Below are positions 54,149-63,647 of a stretch of 64,000 bases of DNA, one piece after another. The position numbers and the translations under genes were made by a program. Source of the DNA: a virus (taxonomy: Duplodnaviria; Caudoviricetes); the IMG/VR virus record IMGVR_UViG_3300048890_000142, positions 1-64,000 of that record. One strand, written 5' to 3'. Below the pieces are notes generated by a model, which saw only the letters and a list, made by a program, of their open reading frames with translations, did not search any database and was not told the origin of the DNA. The stretch's first letter is position 1. Each line of letters opens with the position of its first letter.

Positions 54149-54649
54149 TTAGAGCCGGGTAGCGCGGTACAGGACCCCGTCTTCGTCCTGGATGACGAAC
54201 CCGCCGGCAACGGGACCGACCTCCTCGAAGACGTGCTTGGTCTGACCTCGCTCCTCGGGCGTGGCGACGGCGCCGACCTTGGAGACGAAGTCGGCCACCG
54301 TTGCCTGAATCGACGCGTTCGTGTCCTGAGGAGAGGAGGGTCCGCTGGGGAGCACGGGTCCGTTCATCGGAGGCGTCGGTGAGGACTCGGCGGGGCCGAG
54401 CAGACCGGGAACCACGTATTGCCAGGAGTTGCCGCGAATCACGGTCTCGATCTGCTTGCTGAGATGGTTCGGGTCATTGCGGTGGTAGTAGCGGAAGCTG
54501 TTGATGCTGTCGCGCACGCGTCCCTCGGGGATGCGCGTCGACGTGGAGATCATCTTGATCGTGACGACTTGGTTCGGATGTTTGGCGAAATAGTCGACGA
54601 TCCGGTTGATGACGTCCTTGTTCCGCTTGGTCTTGGATTTATCTGACAA
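54149..54649 (-). CDS. Putative winged-helix DNA-binding protein
   Basis: IVDYFAKHPNQVVTIKMI...RVRDSI; lower GC. Confidence 0.6.
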   Translation of the reverse strand: MSDKSKTKRNKDVINRIVDYFAKHPNQVVTIKMISTSTRIPEGRVRDSINSFRYYHRNDPNHLSKQIETVIRGNSWQYVVPGLLGPAESSPTPPMNGPVLPSGPSSPQDTNASIQATVADFVSKVGAVATPEERGQTKHVFEEVGPVAGGFVIQDEDGVLYRATRL

Positions 54650-54700
54650 CTCGGTTCCTCCTGTCCGGCGTTCTTTGGTCTCGATCCGGTGGGCCGCCGA

Positions 54701-54730
54701 CGCCCGGGAGGGAGTGCTGACTCCCGGGCG
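54701..54730 (-). terminator. Hairpin terminator
   Basis: CGCCCGGGAG/CTCCCGGGCG 10-bp stem after the stop at 54745. Confidence 0.65.
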
Positions 54731-54744
54731 CCCGCGGGGCTCGG

Positions 54745-55707
54745 TCAGGTCCGCTCGAGCACGGCCTGGGCAGTGCGATTGACGAAGCGGTGGGAGTCAC
54801 CCTCCAGGGCACCCAGGAAGCGCGACCGATCAGTGCGGATACCGTCGGGGCGGCTCCACTCGAAGTACTCGCTCACGGCGTTCACCAGCCCCCAGCCGGT
54901 GCCGGCAAAGCCGACCGCCGGTCCTTCCTCGAACAACTGGGTGATCGTCCGGACCTGCTCGAGGCGCTTGGGACGATCGGGTAGCACGGAGGTGAGCACC
55001 TCGCGGGCGGCCGGCGAGTCGAGCCGGACGGAGTGCAGTCGGGCGGCCACGTCCGCGAAGGCGGAGGCGTAGTGGTCGGCCCGGGTCAGGGCCAGCTTCG
55101 CCTGGTCCAGCTTCGCGATCGGGTCGCCGACGTGGCGGATCGACCAGCGCTGCACGGCTCCGGTGACCAGGGACGAGAGGCCGAGCTGGTTCATGCACTT
55201 GTGCCTCAGGCTCAGCACCGAAATCTCGATGCCCTTGGACAGGTCATGCGAGGTGCGCAGGACCGCGTAGAGGTCGTGTTTGTCGACTTTTCCGCCCAAG
55301 TCCAAGTCAACTGCGAAGTGGTACGGGAACTGGACGACCATGAAGCCCTGCCGGCCGCCGCGCAAGGTGCCGGCGGCGACGTAACGCGGGTTGACCTCGT
55401 CCATGAAAGCGAAGGCGTCCCTATACTGCACCGGCGCGTAGCTGTCGGAGACGAACTCGAAAAACTGCCCCGTGTCCTTCCGAACGCAGGCGAACCGGGT
55501 CTCCTCGGTCGTCCAAGCCGGGCTGAGGGGCCGCGATCGGAAGGTGCCGGACGGCGTCCGGTAACCGGCTTCGGCGAGCTCGACGTCAAAGTCGAGGCCC
55601 CCGAGCCGCGCGGCCTCGGCCGCATCGACGTCCGGGTCCTCGATTACGGTCCCGATCTGCATCCACGGAACCTGGCGGGTGGTGAAGGTGGTGTCGGTCT
55701 GGATCAT
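54745..55707 (-). CDS. DUF932 / TIGR03299-type phage-plasmid protein
   Basis: PWMQIG, GLDFDV, YAPVQYRDAF, TSHD, CMNQL, IRHVG. Confidence 0.85.
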   Translation of the reverse strand: MIQTDTTFTTRQVPWMQIGTVIEDPDVDAAEAARLGGLDFDVELAEAGYRTPSGTFRSRPLSPAWTTEETRFACVRKDTGQFFEFVSDSYAPVQYRDAFAFMDEVNPRYVAAGTLRGGRQGFMVVQFPYHFAVDLDLGGKVDKHDLYAVLRTSHDLSKGIEISVLSLRHKCMNQLGLSSLVTGAVQRWSIRHVGDPIAKLDQAKLALTRADHYASAFADVAARLHSVRLDSPAAREVLTSVLPDRPKRLEQVRTITQLFEEGPAVGFAGTGWGLVNAVSEYFEWSRPDGIRTDRSRFLGALEGDSHRFVNRTAQAVLERT

Positions 55708-55855
55708 GTGCGGTCCGGCCTCCTCGGTCTAGTCGTTCGACGTGCTGGGAACTTTCTAGCACATAATCAAGTGCTGTGTCCACTAGCTGGACCGCGCCCG
55801 TCCGACAGGTCGAATGTCGGGTGGGACCACCGGGCGGGCGCGATCCCCTTCGAGG

Positions 55856-56080
55856 CTACGCCGGCTTCCAGGAGTGCCTCTTACCCAACGAGACGTGCCG
55901 GACCCGTCCGTCGGCCTTGAGTCGCCGGAGAGCCAGGTAGACCACGCTGGGCGAGACCTCGAGGGCCTCGGCCAGCTCGTACTTCGTCATCGAGTCCGGG
56001 GCCTCTTCGAGGACCCGTACCAGTCGGTCGTCACGCTGGATCGTCTCCTGGGGCCTCGGTCGGCCACGCCGCTTCGCCAT
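55856..56080 (-). CDS. Small HTH protein
   Basis: MTKYELAEALEVSPSVVYLALRRLK. Confidence 0.75.
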   Translation of the reverse strand: MAKRRGRPRPQETIQRDDRLVRVLEEAPDSMTKYELAEALEVSPSVVYLALRRLKADGRVRHVSLGKRHSWKPA

Positions 56081-57104
56081 CGTCCGCCTCCTTCCGGGGG
56101 ATCGGGCTCGGGGCGTCCCTGCGCCACCGACCCACCTCGTGCTCGACCCAGGCGTAGGTGTGCGCGACCCCGCCGACCAACGCGGTCGAGGGCTCCCAGT
56201 CCAGGTACTTGCGGATCAGGGTGTTGTCCGAGCTCCGACTCCGGACCCCGTGCGGGGCGTCCGGTAGGTACCGCCGCTCGACGGACACCTCCGCCGCGTA
56301 TTCGATCGCCGAGAGGAGCTCGTCGACCGTGTGCCCCTCGGCGAAACCGAGGTTGAGCGGTTCGTCGATGTTGGATCGCGCGATCCGCAGGATGCCCTCC
56401 ACGCAGTCGTTGGAGTGGGTGAACGAACGGACCTGGGTACCGTCTCCCCACACCGCGACGTGGTCCGCGTAACCGAGCTTGATCTCGGCCACCTGGCGGC
56501 ACAGTGCGGTGACCACCTGCTCGCGGCCTCCGCGCCACGGAGAGCAGGGGCCGTAGACGGCGTGCAGGCGGGCGACGCGGGTCTGCAGGCCGCCCTCTTC
56601 CTGGAAGTGCCTGCACAGTCGCTCGCCGAACAGGCGCTCCCAGCCGTGACCGCCCTCGGCCTCGGCCGGGTAGGCGTCCTGCTCGCGCAGCGCCGCGGCG
56701 TCGCCCTCGCGCTGCAGGTGCCGCGGGTACACGGCGGCCGACGACGCGTAGAAGACGCGTCCCCAGCCGTAGTGCGCGGCGGCCTCCAGCACGTTGACGG
56801 TCGCCTTGACCGACATGGCCGGAGCGAGGTGGTTGGTGCCGACGTAGCCGACGCCGCCGGTATCCGCGGCGAGGTGGTAGACCTCGTCGAACGCCCGGTG
56901 CTCCATGCTCGCCAGCAGCTCCAGGGGCTGGGGCTCGGAGACGTCCATCAGGTCGAAGGTCCTGGCGCTCAGGTGGTGGTCCTGCCACCAGTCGGCGCGG
57001 GACTTGCGGTCGACGGCGACCACCTCGTGGCCGTCCTTGACGAGCCGGCCGACGAGGTGGCCGCCGACGAATCCGCCGGCGCCGAGTACGAGTGCGTAGC
57101 TCAC
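56031..57104 (-). CDS. GDP-mannose 3,5-epimerase-like SDR with substituted catalytic residues
   Basis: GAGGFVG, AADTGG, WGDG.Q.RSF and SDNT conserved; SSAC to SSAA, YGWEK to HGWER, REKAP to REQVV. Confidence 0.85.
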   Translation of the reverse strand: MSYALVLGAGGFVGGHLVGRLVKDGHEVVAVDRKSRADWWQDHHLSARTFDLMDVSEPQPLELLASMEHRAFDEVYHLAADTGGVGYVGTNHLAPAMSVKATVNVLEAAAHYGWGRVFYASSAAVYPRHLQREGDAAALREQDAYPAEAEGGHGWERLFGERLCRHFQEEGGLQTRVARLHAVYGPCSPWRGGREQVVTALCRQVAEIKLGYADHVAVWGDGTQVRSFTHSNDCVEGILRIARSNIDEPLNLGFAEGHTVDELLSAIEYAAEVSVERRYLPDAPHGVRSRSSDNTLIRKYLDWEPSTALVGGVAHTYAWVEHEVGRWRRDAPSPIPRKEADDGEAAWPTEAPGDDPA

Positions 57105-57322
57105 GGTGGGGGTCTCTCCTCTTCGTTCTCTCGGTCGGTTCTCAGTTCGCGGTCCGGAGCCCAGCACTGGAGCCCGGCCTGGTCGTCGAGGTCGACGACC
57201 CAGCCCGCCTCTTTCCCCGCGTCCATCGGACCGCTGATCGTGCCGGAGCACCCGGACCAGGGATGGTCCGGGGCGACGATCGTGACCCGGTCCCCCGGCG
57301 CGTAGTCGTAGCCACCTGTCAC
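57101..57322 (-). CDS. Small SH3/KOW-like protein
   Basis: PGDRVTI...GTI..WVVDLD. Confidence 0.6.
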   Translation of the reverse strand: MTGGYDYAPGDRVTIVAPDHPWSGCSGTISGPMDAGKEAGWVVDLDDQAGLQCWAPDRELRTDRENEEERPPP

Positions 57323-57648
57323 CGAGGTACCGCCTCACTGTATTGCGGGTGGACGTGGTGCCAGGTGCCGGCCGCCGCGTCAGTCTCGGCGTGTTTGCAT
57401 CCCTCGACCAGCGTGCGAGCCAGGGTCGGCACGAACAGCGCGCAGCCGTCCGAGTACCACCACTGCTCGGTCTGGATCTCGCGGATCGGGCGTCCCTCGC
57501 TCCGGTCGAAGGACTTCGGGACCGTGGTCCGCGTGGAGACGACGACGTACTGGCCGACCTCGGTGACCACCGCGGGGTGGCACTTCGGATCGTCGTAGTA
57601 CCCGCTGACGTAGTGGACGACGGCGCCCACGACGGGGCGATCGCTCAC
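57319..57648 (-). CDS. Hypothetical protein
   Basis: VVHYVS..CHPAVVTEV...GTWH. Confidence 0.65.
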   Translation of the reverse strand: MSDRPVVGAVVHYVSGYYDDPKCHPAVVTEVGQYVVVSTRTTVPKSFDRSEGRPIREIQTEQWWYSDGCALFVPTLARTLVEGCKHAETDAAAGTWHHVHPQYSEAVPR

Positions 57649-57902
57649 GGCGTCACGTCCGGGCCGGGCAGGGGAGGCGGGAACGGCGGCACCAGGTCGG
57701 GCGCCGCGAGCCAGCCGTGCTTGTCCGCGGTGCGGAACGCTCGCGCGAAGCGCCAGCGTTCCGGATGCGGAACCGTCACCGTGCCGTCGTCGTGGTGGAC
57801 TACGGGCAGGTTCCCGCCCGTGTTCTGGAACATCCACAGCAGCGGGTCGGTGATAGACAACGTCCAGGTGTCGTGCATGACCGCCTGGGTAACGTCAGAC
57901 AC
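57645..57902 (-). CDS. Hypothetical protein
   Basis: GTGA coupling. Confidence 0.55.
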   Translation of the reverse strand: MSDVTQAVMHDTWTLSITDPLLWMFQNTGGNLPVVHHDDGTVTVPHPERWRFARAFRTADKHGWLAAPDLVPPFPPPLPGPDVTP

Positions 57903-57911
57903 GGCCGCTCC

Positions 57912-58787
57912 CTAGATCGGCATCTGCGGCGGGGGCGGCGGCGCGACCGGGGTCGCGGACGCCTGCTGGACCGGTGCTGGGGGAACCGGAGGAGCCTGGG
58001 GCATCTCGGGAGCTGGCGGCGCGGCGACCGGGGGCGCGTAGGCCGGGGCCTGGTACACCGGCGCCGGCGGTGCCTGGTTGGTCATCTCCGCGACGGCCGA
58101 GTCGACGGGTGCCTGCGGGGGCGCGACGGGGACCTGCTGCACCGGCGGTGCGGGAGGCGGGGGCGCCGCGTAGACCTGGGCCGGCTGCAGCGACTGAGCA
58201 GGCTGCAGCGGCTGGGCCGCCGGAGGAGCGACCGGGTAACCCGGCACCGGTGCGGGTGCCGGAGTCGCGACGGGGACCTGCGGTGCCGGCGGAGGCGGGG
58301 GCGTCGCCGGGACCCCCGGGATCCCGGGAAGGTTTGGGACACCTGGAACGCCGGGAGCTCCCGCTGCGGGAACGCCCGTGGCCGGTCGGAACCCCTCGCA
58401 GTTGTTGCGCATCTCGCCCTGCCACTCGCGGTGCCCGAGCTTGACGTAGGCCTCGCGGCCCATCAGCGCGGAGGCCACCGGGTCCAGCGAGCCCTGCGAG
58501 CCGAGCGCGGCGAAGAACTGCTCGTCCAGCCCGAACGCCTTCATGTGCCGGAAGAAGATCGAGACCGCGTTGGGGTTCTCCAGCGTCAGGACGAACTGGT
58601 TGAACACCTTGCGCGGGGCGTAGGGGCCTTCGGTAACCTCCATCTTGACCTTGATCATCGGCTTGCCCGACTGCGCGGTGGTGGCGGTCGACTCGATGAT
58701 CCGGATCCGGTACTCCCCGTCGGGGAGCGCCTCGAAGCTGACGGACTTCGCGTCCTGAATCGCCTGGTTGAAGTTGATCGTCGTCAC
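57912..58787 (-). CDS. DUF669-type ssDNA-binding protein with Pro/Ala-rich tail
   Basis: FEALPDGEY..I...SGKPMI...GRKVF-like motif; follows a Sak4-like gene. Confidence 0.75.
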   Translation of the reverse strand: MTTINFNQAIQDAKSVSFEALPDGEYRIRIIESTATTAQSGKPMIKVKMEVTEGPYAPRKVFNQFVLTLENPNAVSIFFRHMKAFGLDEQFFAALGSQGSLDPVASALMGREAYVKLGHREWQGEMRNNCEGFRPATGVPAAGAPGVPGVPNLPGIPGVPATPPPPPAPQVPVATPAPAPVPGYPVAPPAAQPLQPAQSLQPAQVYAAPPPPAPPVQQVPVAPPQAPVDSAVAEMTNQAPPAPVYQAPAYAPPVAAPPAPEMPQAPPVPPAPVQQASATPVAPPPPPQMPI

Positions 58788-59611
58788 TGGGTGACTTCCT
58801 CTCGGGGCGCCTGCGGCGCCGGGGTTGCGATCGGCGTCGGGGTGACGCCGAAGATGACCTGCATCCAGCGTTCGATGTCGTCGCTGCTGGTGCCGGCCGC
58901 CGGTTGCGGGACAGTGATCAGGCCGCCGAGGCGGCCCTGGACCCGCTCGCCGGCCTCGAACTGCGAGTTGGGCGCGATCAGCAGCCGGCGGACCTCCAGG
59001 GTCGGCTGGCCGTTCGCGTCCACATCGCGGTCCGGGTAGAGGTACCCGCAGATGTCCATCCAGTAGGGCAGCGCGGTGGAGATCTGACCCTGCATGAACG
59101 GGACCCACTTGCCGGCCTGGGACTGCCGGGTCTCCGCGATGAAGACCACGCACCGCACGTTGATTCCGGGCAGTAGCGCGAGGTCCCGGAATCCGCGGAT
59201 GGCCTTGTCCATCCGAGACAGGAGGGTGCCCCAGTCCTGGATCTTCATCGCCTCCTCGCCACGCAGGTTCTCCTTGCAGCGACGCTGGATCTCGGTGACC
59301 GAGTCGACCACCACGGAGGTGAAGGGGAGCTGGTAGGAGCGCAGCCACTGCAGGCACGTCTCCACCGTCCCCCACTCGCGCACGTGCACGACGCAGGCGT
59401 CCCAACTGCCGTCGTAGACGGGCGGGGGTCCGGCAGACGGCTCCCAGTACACCTTGCGCAGGTTGATGAATCGCCAGGAACCCTCGGCGTCCAACACGAG
59501 GATCGGCTTCGGGGCGGTGCCCGACAGGGTCGACTTGCCGACCTTGGACGCGGCGTGGATCAGCAGCGAGATCCGCTGGTCGGTGGTGAAGTAGCTGAGC
59601 GGTGCCGTCAC
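58784..59611 (-). CDS. Sak4-like AAA recombinase
   Basis: SKVGKST Walker A, LDAEG, VVVDSVTE. Confidence 0.8.
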   Translation of the reverse strand: MTAPLSYFTTDQRISLLIHAASKVGKSTLSGTAPKPILVLDAEGSWRFINLRKVYWEPSAGPPPVYDGSWDACVVHVREWGTVETCLQWLRSYQLPFTSVVVDSVTEIQRRCKENLRGEEAMKIQDWGTLLSRMDKAIRGFRDLALLPGINVRCVVFIAETRQSQAGKWVPFMQGQISTALPYWMDICGYLYPDRDVDANGQPTLEVRRLLIAPNSQFEAGERVQGRLGGLITVPQPAAGTSSDDIERWMQVIFGVTPTPIATPAPQAPREEVTQ

Positions 59612-61182
59612 AGAGATACTCCGTCGCGCTCGAGGTAGCGGTCGTTGGGGTTCACCGGGTGGTACAGGGCGGCCAGCATGTCCTCCGCCCGGGACCCGTC
59701 GTCGAACAGGCCGCAGACGGCGAAGAAGTCGCAGTCGTAGCGGCAGCTCGGCCTGGGCGAGGGGTAGGCGACGGCGAAGTGGGACTCGCCCCTGTCGAGC
59801 CGCTCGGTGGCCGCCATGACCTCGTCGGCCGCCGCGAGCATCCGGGTCCGGTAGGACTCCAGCTCGCGGACGTTGTGGTCGACCTGTACCCGCTCGTAGA
59901 ACGGCGGGGTGGCCCGCGCGGTGCGCTTCACCCGGCGCAGCATGTTGTAGAGGGCCCCGTCGCAGCGCGCCTCGCCCTCGACGGTGTTGAGCCACTCGAG
60001 CAGGTGGTAGTGCAGCATCTGCTCGTCCTGCTGGAGGGTCAGCGGCGGGGAGGCGAGCTCCTGGACGGACTTGTGGTCGACGAACATCCGCACGCCGTCT
60101 ACCTCGCGATAGGCGCGGGCGTCCAGTAGGCCGATCGCCACCACCGGCCGGCCGGATGCGGTTTCCAGGTGGGCGGTGAGCGTGGTCTCCGAGGCGATGA
60201 CTCGCAGGCCAGAATCGACGCCGGTCTCCTCCAGCCACTGGACGTACCCCTCGATCATGGCTCGCTCGAGATTGGTGCTCTTGGCGAACTCCTCGGCGAG
60301 GGAGGTCATCTGGTCTTGGTCGGCCCCGCGCGACTCGGCGAGGGTGGAGATCGTGGTCCAGTCCTGCAGGATGGCGCGCTCCAGCGCCTCCCGCGGGTCG
60401 ACGCGCACCTGCCCGTCCGGGACGTACCAGGCGGCTAGCGCGGCGTGGATCCGGGTGCCGGTGGAGCGCACCCCGACGTAGTTCTCGGTCTGCAGCGCCA
60501 TGCTGCGGTACCACCGCAGCCACCACCGGCGCCGGCAGCGCTTGAAGTCCTGGAGCAGCGAGTTGCTGACCGGGAACCCGGAGGGCGGGTACGGCACCTC
60601 GCTCGTTTCGTCGGGGACGGGCAAGTACTCCTCTTGGAGCCCCACGTCCCAGTTCGTCGGTACCAGGCGCGAGGTCTCCAGGAGCTCGGGTGGGACCTCG
60701 ATCCCCGCGGCGACGGCCGCGAGGTCCACGTGGACGGCGGTTCCGCGCTGCGCGTCGAGGTCCCCGACCACGACCGGCGACTCCGCGTCACCTAGCTCGA
60801 GCCGGACGTTATTAGAGGTCATCCAGAGTGCGCCGTCGGCGTCGTACCAGGTGGTCGGTGAATCGGGGTCCGCGACGCACACGGTGAAGAGGTCGTCCTC
60901 GGCGTCCTCCTCAGGAGGGTCGTACTCGAGGTCCTCGAGATCCAGCAGATGCACCACCTCGTCGAGCGTGGCGACGGGCGCACCGTCGAGCCGATTGAGC
61001 GCGGCGACGACCTTCTCCCGGTCCCCGGGTTTCCACGACTCGAGTCGCTCGATGTTGGTCAGCCGCGCGGTGCTCTTGCCCGCGAACCCGATGATCTCGG
61101 TGAGCTGGGGGCGGGTGAGCTTGTGGCGCTTGCGCGCCGCGGCGACGTCGGCGCCCGTGATGGTCTCTACCTCGTAGGTCAC
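59608..61182 (-). CDS. XRE-HTH fused to PD-(D/E)xK (Cas4/RecB-like) exonuclease
   Basis: AARKRHKLTRPQL..NIE N-terminus; acidic linker; CRRRW, GTRIH, LD, VDHKS, C..DC....C. Confidence 0.8.
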   Translation of the reverse strand: MTYEVETITGADVAAARKRHKLTRPQLTEIIGFAGKSTARLTNIERLESWKPGDREKVVAALNRLDGAPVATLDEVVHLLDLEDLEYDPPEEDAEDDLFTVCVADPDSPTTWYDADGALWMTSNNVRLELGDAESPVVVGDLDAQRGTAVHVDLAAVAAGIEVPPELLETSRLVPTNWDVGLQEEYLPVPDETSEVPYPPSGFPVSNSLLQDFKRCRRRWWLRWYRSMALQTENYVGVRSTGTRIHAALAAWYVPDGQVRVDPREALERAILQDWTTISTLAESRGADQDQMTSLAEEFAKSTNLERAMIEGYVQWLEETGVDSGLRVIASETTLTAHLETASGRPVVAIGLLDARAYREVDGVRMFVDHKSVQELASPPLTLQQDEQMLHYHLLEWLNTVEGEARCDGALYNMLRRVKRTARATPPFYERVQVDHNVRELESYRTRMLAAADEVMAATERLDRGESHFAVAYPSPRPSCRYDCDFFAVCGLFDDGSRAEDMLAALYHPVNPNDRYLERDGVSL

Positions 61183-63098
61183 TCGGTCTCCCGTGTTGCT
61201 TCGTCGACGACCGTGAACAAGTCGGTCCTGAGGATCCGCGCCTCCTCGGCGTCCAGTGCCGAGGTATCGAGGCTGGCCCTGGCGAGCTCGGCGCGGTCTC
61301 GGGTGATCTCGTCGAGGCGCAGCATCTTCTCCAGCAGCGCGTCGACCTGGTCCTCCTCCACCGTGTCTTCGGTGATGATGTCGATCACCAGGACGGACTC
61401 GTGGCGCTCGCTGCCGATCCGGTGGTTGCGGTCTTCCTTCTGACGTTCGTCGACCAGGGACCAGGACCGCTGGAGGTTGATCAGCACGTCGGCCGCGGAC
61501 ATGTCCAGACCGGTGCCGCCGGACTGCCCGGTGAACAGCAGGACCTTGATCCGGCCGGCGTTGAGGGCGTCCAGGGCCTGGTCGCGGTCGTGCTGCGAGA
61601 CGTCGCCGTCGATCACCGCGTGCGCGACGCCGAGCTTCTCCAGGCGCTTGGCGGCCATCCGGAGCAGTTGCTTGAACTGGGCTGACACCAGCACCGGCGG
61701 CCGGCTGAATCCCGGAGAGAGCACGCCGAGTTCCTCGAGCACGATCTCGAGCTCGTCGAGCTTCGGGGACGGTTCGCGCAGGCTGATCTTCCACGTACTC
61801 ACCTTGTTGGGATCTACCCGATCGACGTCCACGCTCGCGCACGCGAACTGCATGAGGCGGGCGTTCTTGACGAGGTGGTTCTGGGCCACGAACAGGCCGC
61901 CGTCGACGGTCGTTCGCAGGTCCTGCTTGAGCTCCTCGTAGACCCGGCGCATCTGCGGGGTGAGCTGGGTGCGCCGAGTCATCCGGGTGCGCGGAGGGAG
62001 CTGGGACAGCACGACCGCCTTGAGCATCCGCCGGAAGCGGGGATCGAGGATCCTGAACAGCTCCTGGCGAGTATCCGGCCGGATGCCGACGAACTCCATG
62101 TTGCCGAACGCCGTGGTCTGCCCGAGGCAGAAGCGGTTGAGATAGTCGCCACGGGTGGGGAAGTCGTCGGGCGCCACCGCGTGCATGATCGACCATAGGT
62201 CACCGGGGTGGGTGGCGATCGGCGTGCCGGTGAGCGCCCAGCGCCGCGTCACCGACGGCGAGTGCATGACGTGCCAGACGGCGCGGGTCTGTAGGGCCTG
62301 GGGGTTCTTTCCCCGGTGGGCCTCGTCCCAGACGACCGTCCTGAACTCGAATTCGTTGAGCTCCTTGTGGTGGACCTCGCAGCGCGCCGTGGACAGCCCC
62401 TCCTCCCCGTACTTCGGGTCGCAGGTGCGACAGCGCTTCAGACGCACCGAGCCGTAGGGCGCGAGGCGGCTGAACAGGCGCATGGCCTCGATCCCGACGA
62501 AGACGACCGCCGTCGGGTCGGCGATCGCCGCCTTGAGGATCTTGCGTCGCTTGGCGGCGGTACCTTCCACGACGTAGGGCGTGGCCGCCGGGAGCCACCG
62601 GGGGACGTGGCGCTCCCAGTGCCGCTTCACGCCGGATGGGCAGATCACCAGGGCCGGCAGGGCGTCATCGAAGCCGGCGATCGCGTGCAGCAGGCCCATG
62701 ACTTGCACGGTCTTTCCGGCCCCAGGTTCGTCGGCGAGCAGGCCGGACCCGGCGGCGTGCATGAACTGCACGCCGGCGGCCTGGAACGGGTAGAGGCCCT
62801 CGAGCAGCGGGGTGTCGTCTCCGGGGTCGGGCTCGAGCTCGGTCCGCTTCCGCAGCGCGACGTCCACGCGTTCCTCGCGGACTCGCCAGGCCCAGTCGAT
62901 CGCGTCCTGACCGAGGGTGAGTTGCTGGCCGAAGAGTCCTCGGGCCGTGACGATCGAGGCCCAGGACGGGACGAGGCGCCAGGTACTCGCCTTCGCGTCC
63001 CACCGGCTGCCGGGGATCGCCTCGGCGAGGGCCTTCTCGTTCCACGCCGTGGAGAGCAGGATCTCGCCGTTCGCGGGGTCGATCGTGGCGTGGGCCAT
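61179..63098 (-). CDS. SNF2-family helicase
   Basis: LADEPGAGKT, WDEAH, LTGTP, GTGLDM, DRNHRIG. Confidence 0.9.
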   Translation of the reverse strand: MAHATIDPANGEILLSTAWNEKALAEAIPGSRWDAKASTWRLVPSWASIVTARGLFGQQLTLGQDAIDWAWRVREERVDVALRKRTELEPDPGDDTPLLEGLYPFQAAGVQFMHAAGSGLLADEPGAGKTVQVMGLLHAIAGFDDALPALVICPSGVKRHWERHVPRWLPAATPYVVEGTAAKRRKILKAAIADPTAVVFVGIEAMRLFSRLAPYGSVRLKRCRTCDPKYGEEGLSTARCEVHHKELNEFEFRTVVWDEAHRGKNPQALQTRAVWHVMHSPSVTRRWALTGTPIATHPGDLWSIMHAVAPDDFPTRGDYLNRFCLGQTTAFGNMEFVGIRPDTRQELFRILDPRFRRMLKAVVLSQLPPRTRMTRRTQLTPQMRRVYEELKQDLRTTVDGGLFVAQNHLVKNARLMQFACASVDVDRVDPNKVSTWKISLREPSPKLDELEIVLEELGVLSPGFSRPPVLVSAQFKQLLRMAAKRLEKLGVAHAVIDGDVSQHDRDQALDALNAGRIKVLLFTGQSGGTGLDMSAADVLINLQRSWSLVDERQKEDRNHRIGSERHESVLVIDIITEDTVEEDQVDALLEKMLRLDEITRDRAELARASLDTSALDAEEARILRTDLFTVVDEATRETE

Positions 63099-63131
63099 CG
63101 GTCCGTCGTTCCTCCGGGTCCGGTCGATCTA

Positions 63132-63647
63132 TTAGTCAATAGTAGCACCCGGGTGGCGGGTGCGCTCCAGGAGCCGGCAGTAGGTCTGGGCTCGGTGGGT
63201 GGCCAGGCAGAGCAGGGCGTGCCGGGCTGCGTCGCGGACGTCGTCGGCGTCTGGAGCCTCGACTTCGGTCGGGGTCACCCAGAGCTCGAGCTTGCGCAGG
63301 AAGTCGTTGGTGGTGAAGCTCTTCGCGTCGGCCGGGCTCTGGAACACGACCGGAATCCCGTACCGCGCGGCCAGCTCGATCACCGCGCCGATCACCTGCT
63401 GGGCGTCGGTCTGGCGGGTGTGTCTGACCGAGCCACCCGCGAAACGCTCCATCGCGATGAGCACGTCCCCGCCGTCGGGCTGGGCGTCCTCGAGCAGCTT
63501 TCCCAGGTACGTCAGGGCGCCCTCGGGCGTCCCCTGATAGGCGCCGACCATGAGGCCGTTGCGCAGGCCGAACACTCCGACGCTCGTGCCCGGGTCCACC
63601 CCGATCACCCAGCACGCCGGGGCGATCTCGTATTCCGTGTCTGTCAC
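63132..63647 (-). CDS. RuvC-like Holliday junction resolvase
   Basis: VIGVDPG, AMERF, DDVRDA. Confidence 0.75.
   Translation of the reverse strand: MTDTEYEIAPACWVIGVDPGTSVGVFGLRNGLMVGAYQGTPEGALTYLGKLLEDAQPDGGDVLIAMERFAGGSVRHTRQTDAQQVIGAVIELAARYGIPVVFQSPADAKSFTTNDFLRKLELWVTPTEVEAPDADDVRDAARHALLCLATHRAQTYCRLLERTRHPGATID

Noticed and set aside
59608-60550. Cas4 as evidence of a CRISPR system
   Set aside because: Context (Sak4-like, SSB-like, helicase) is the standard phage recombination module
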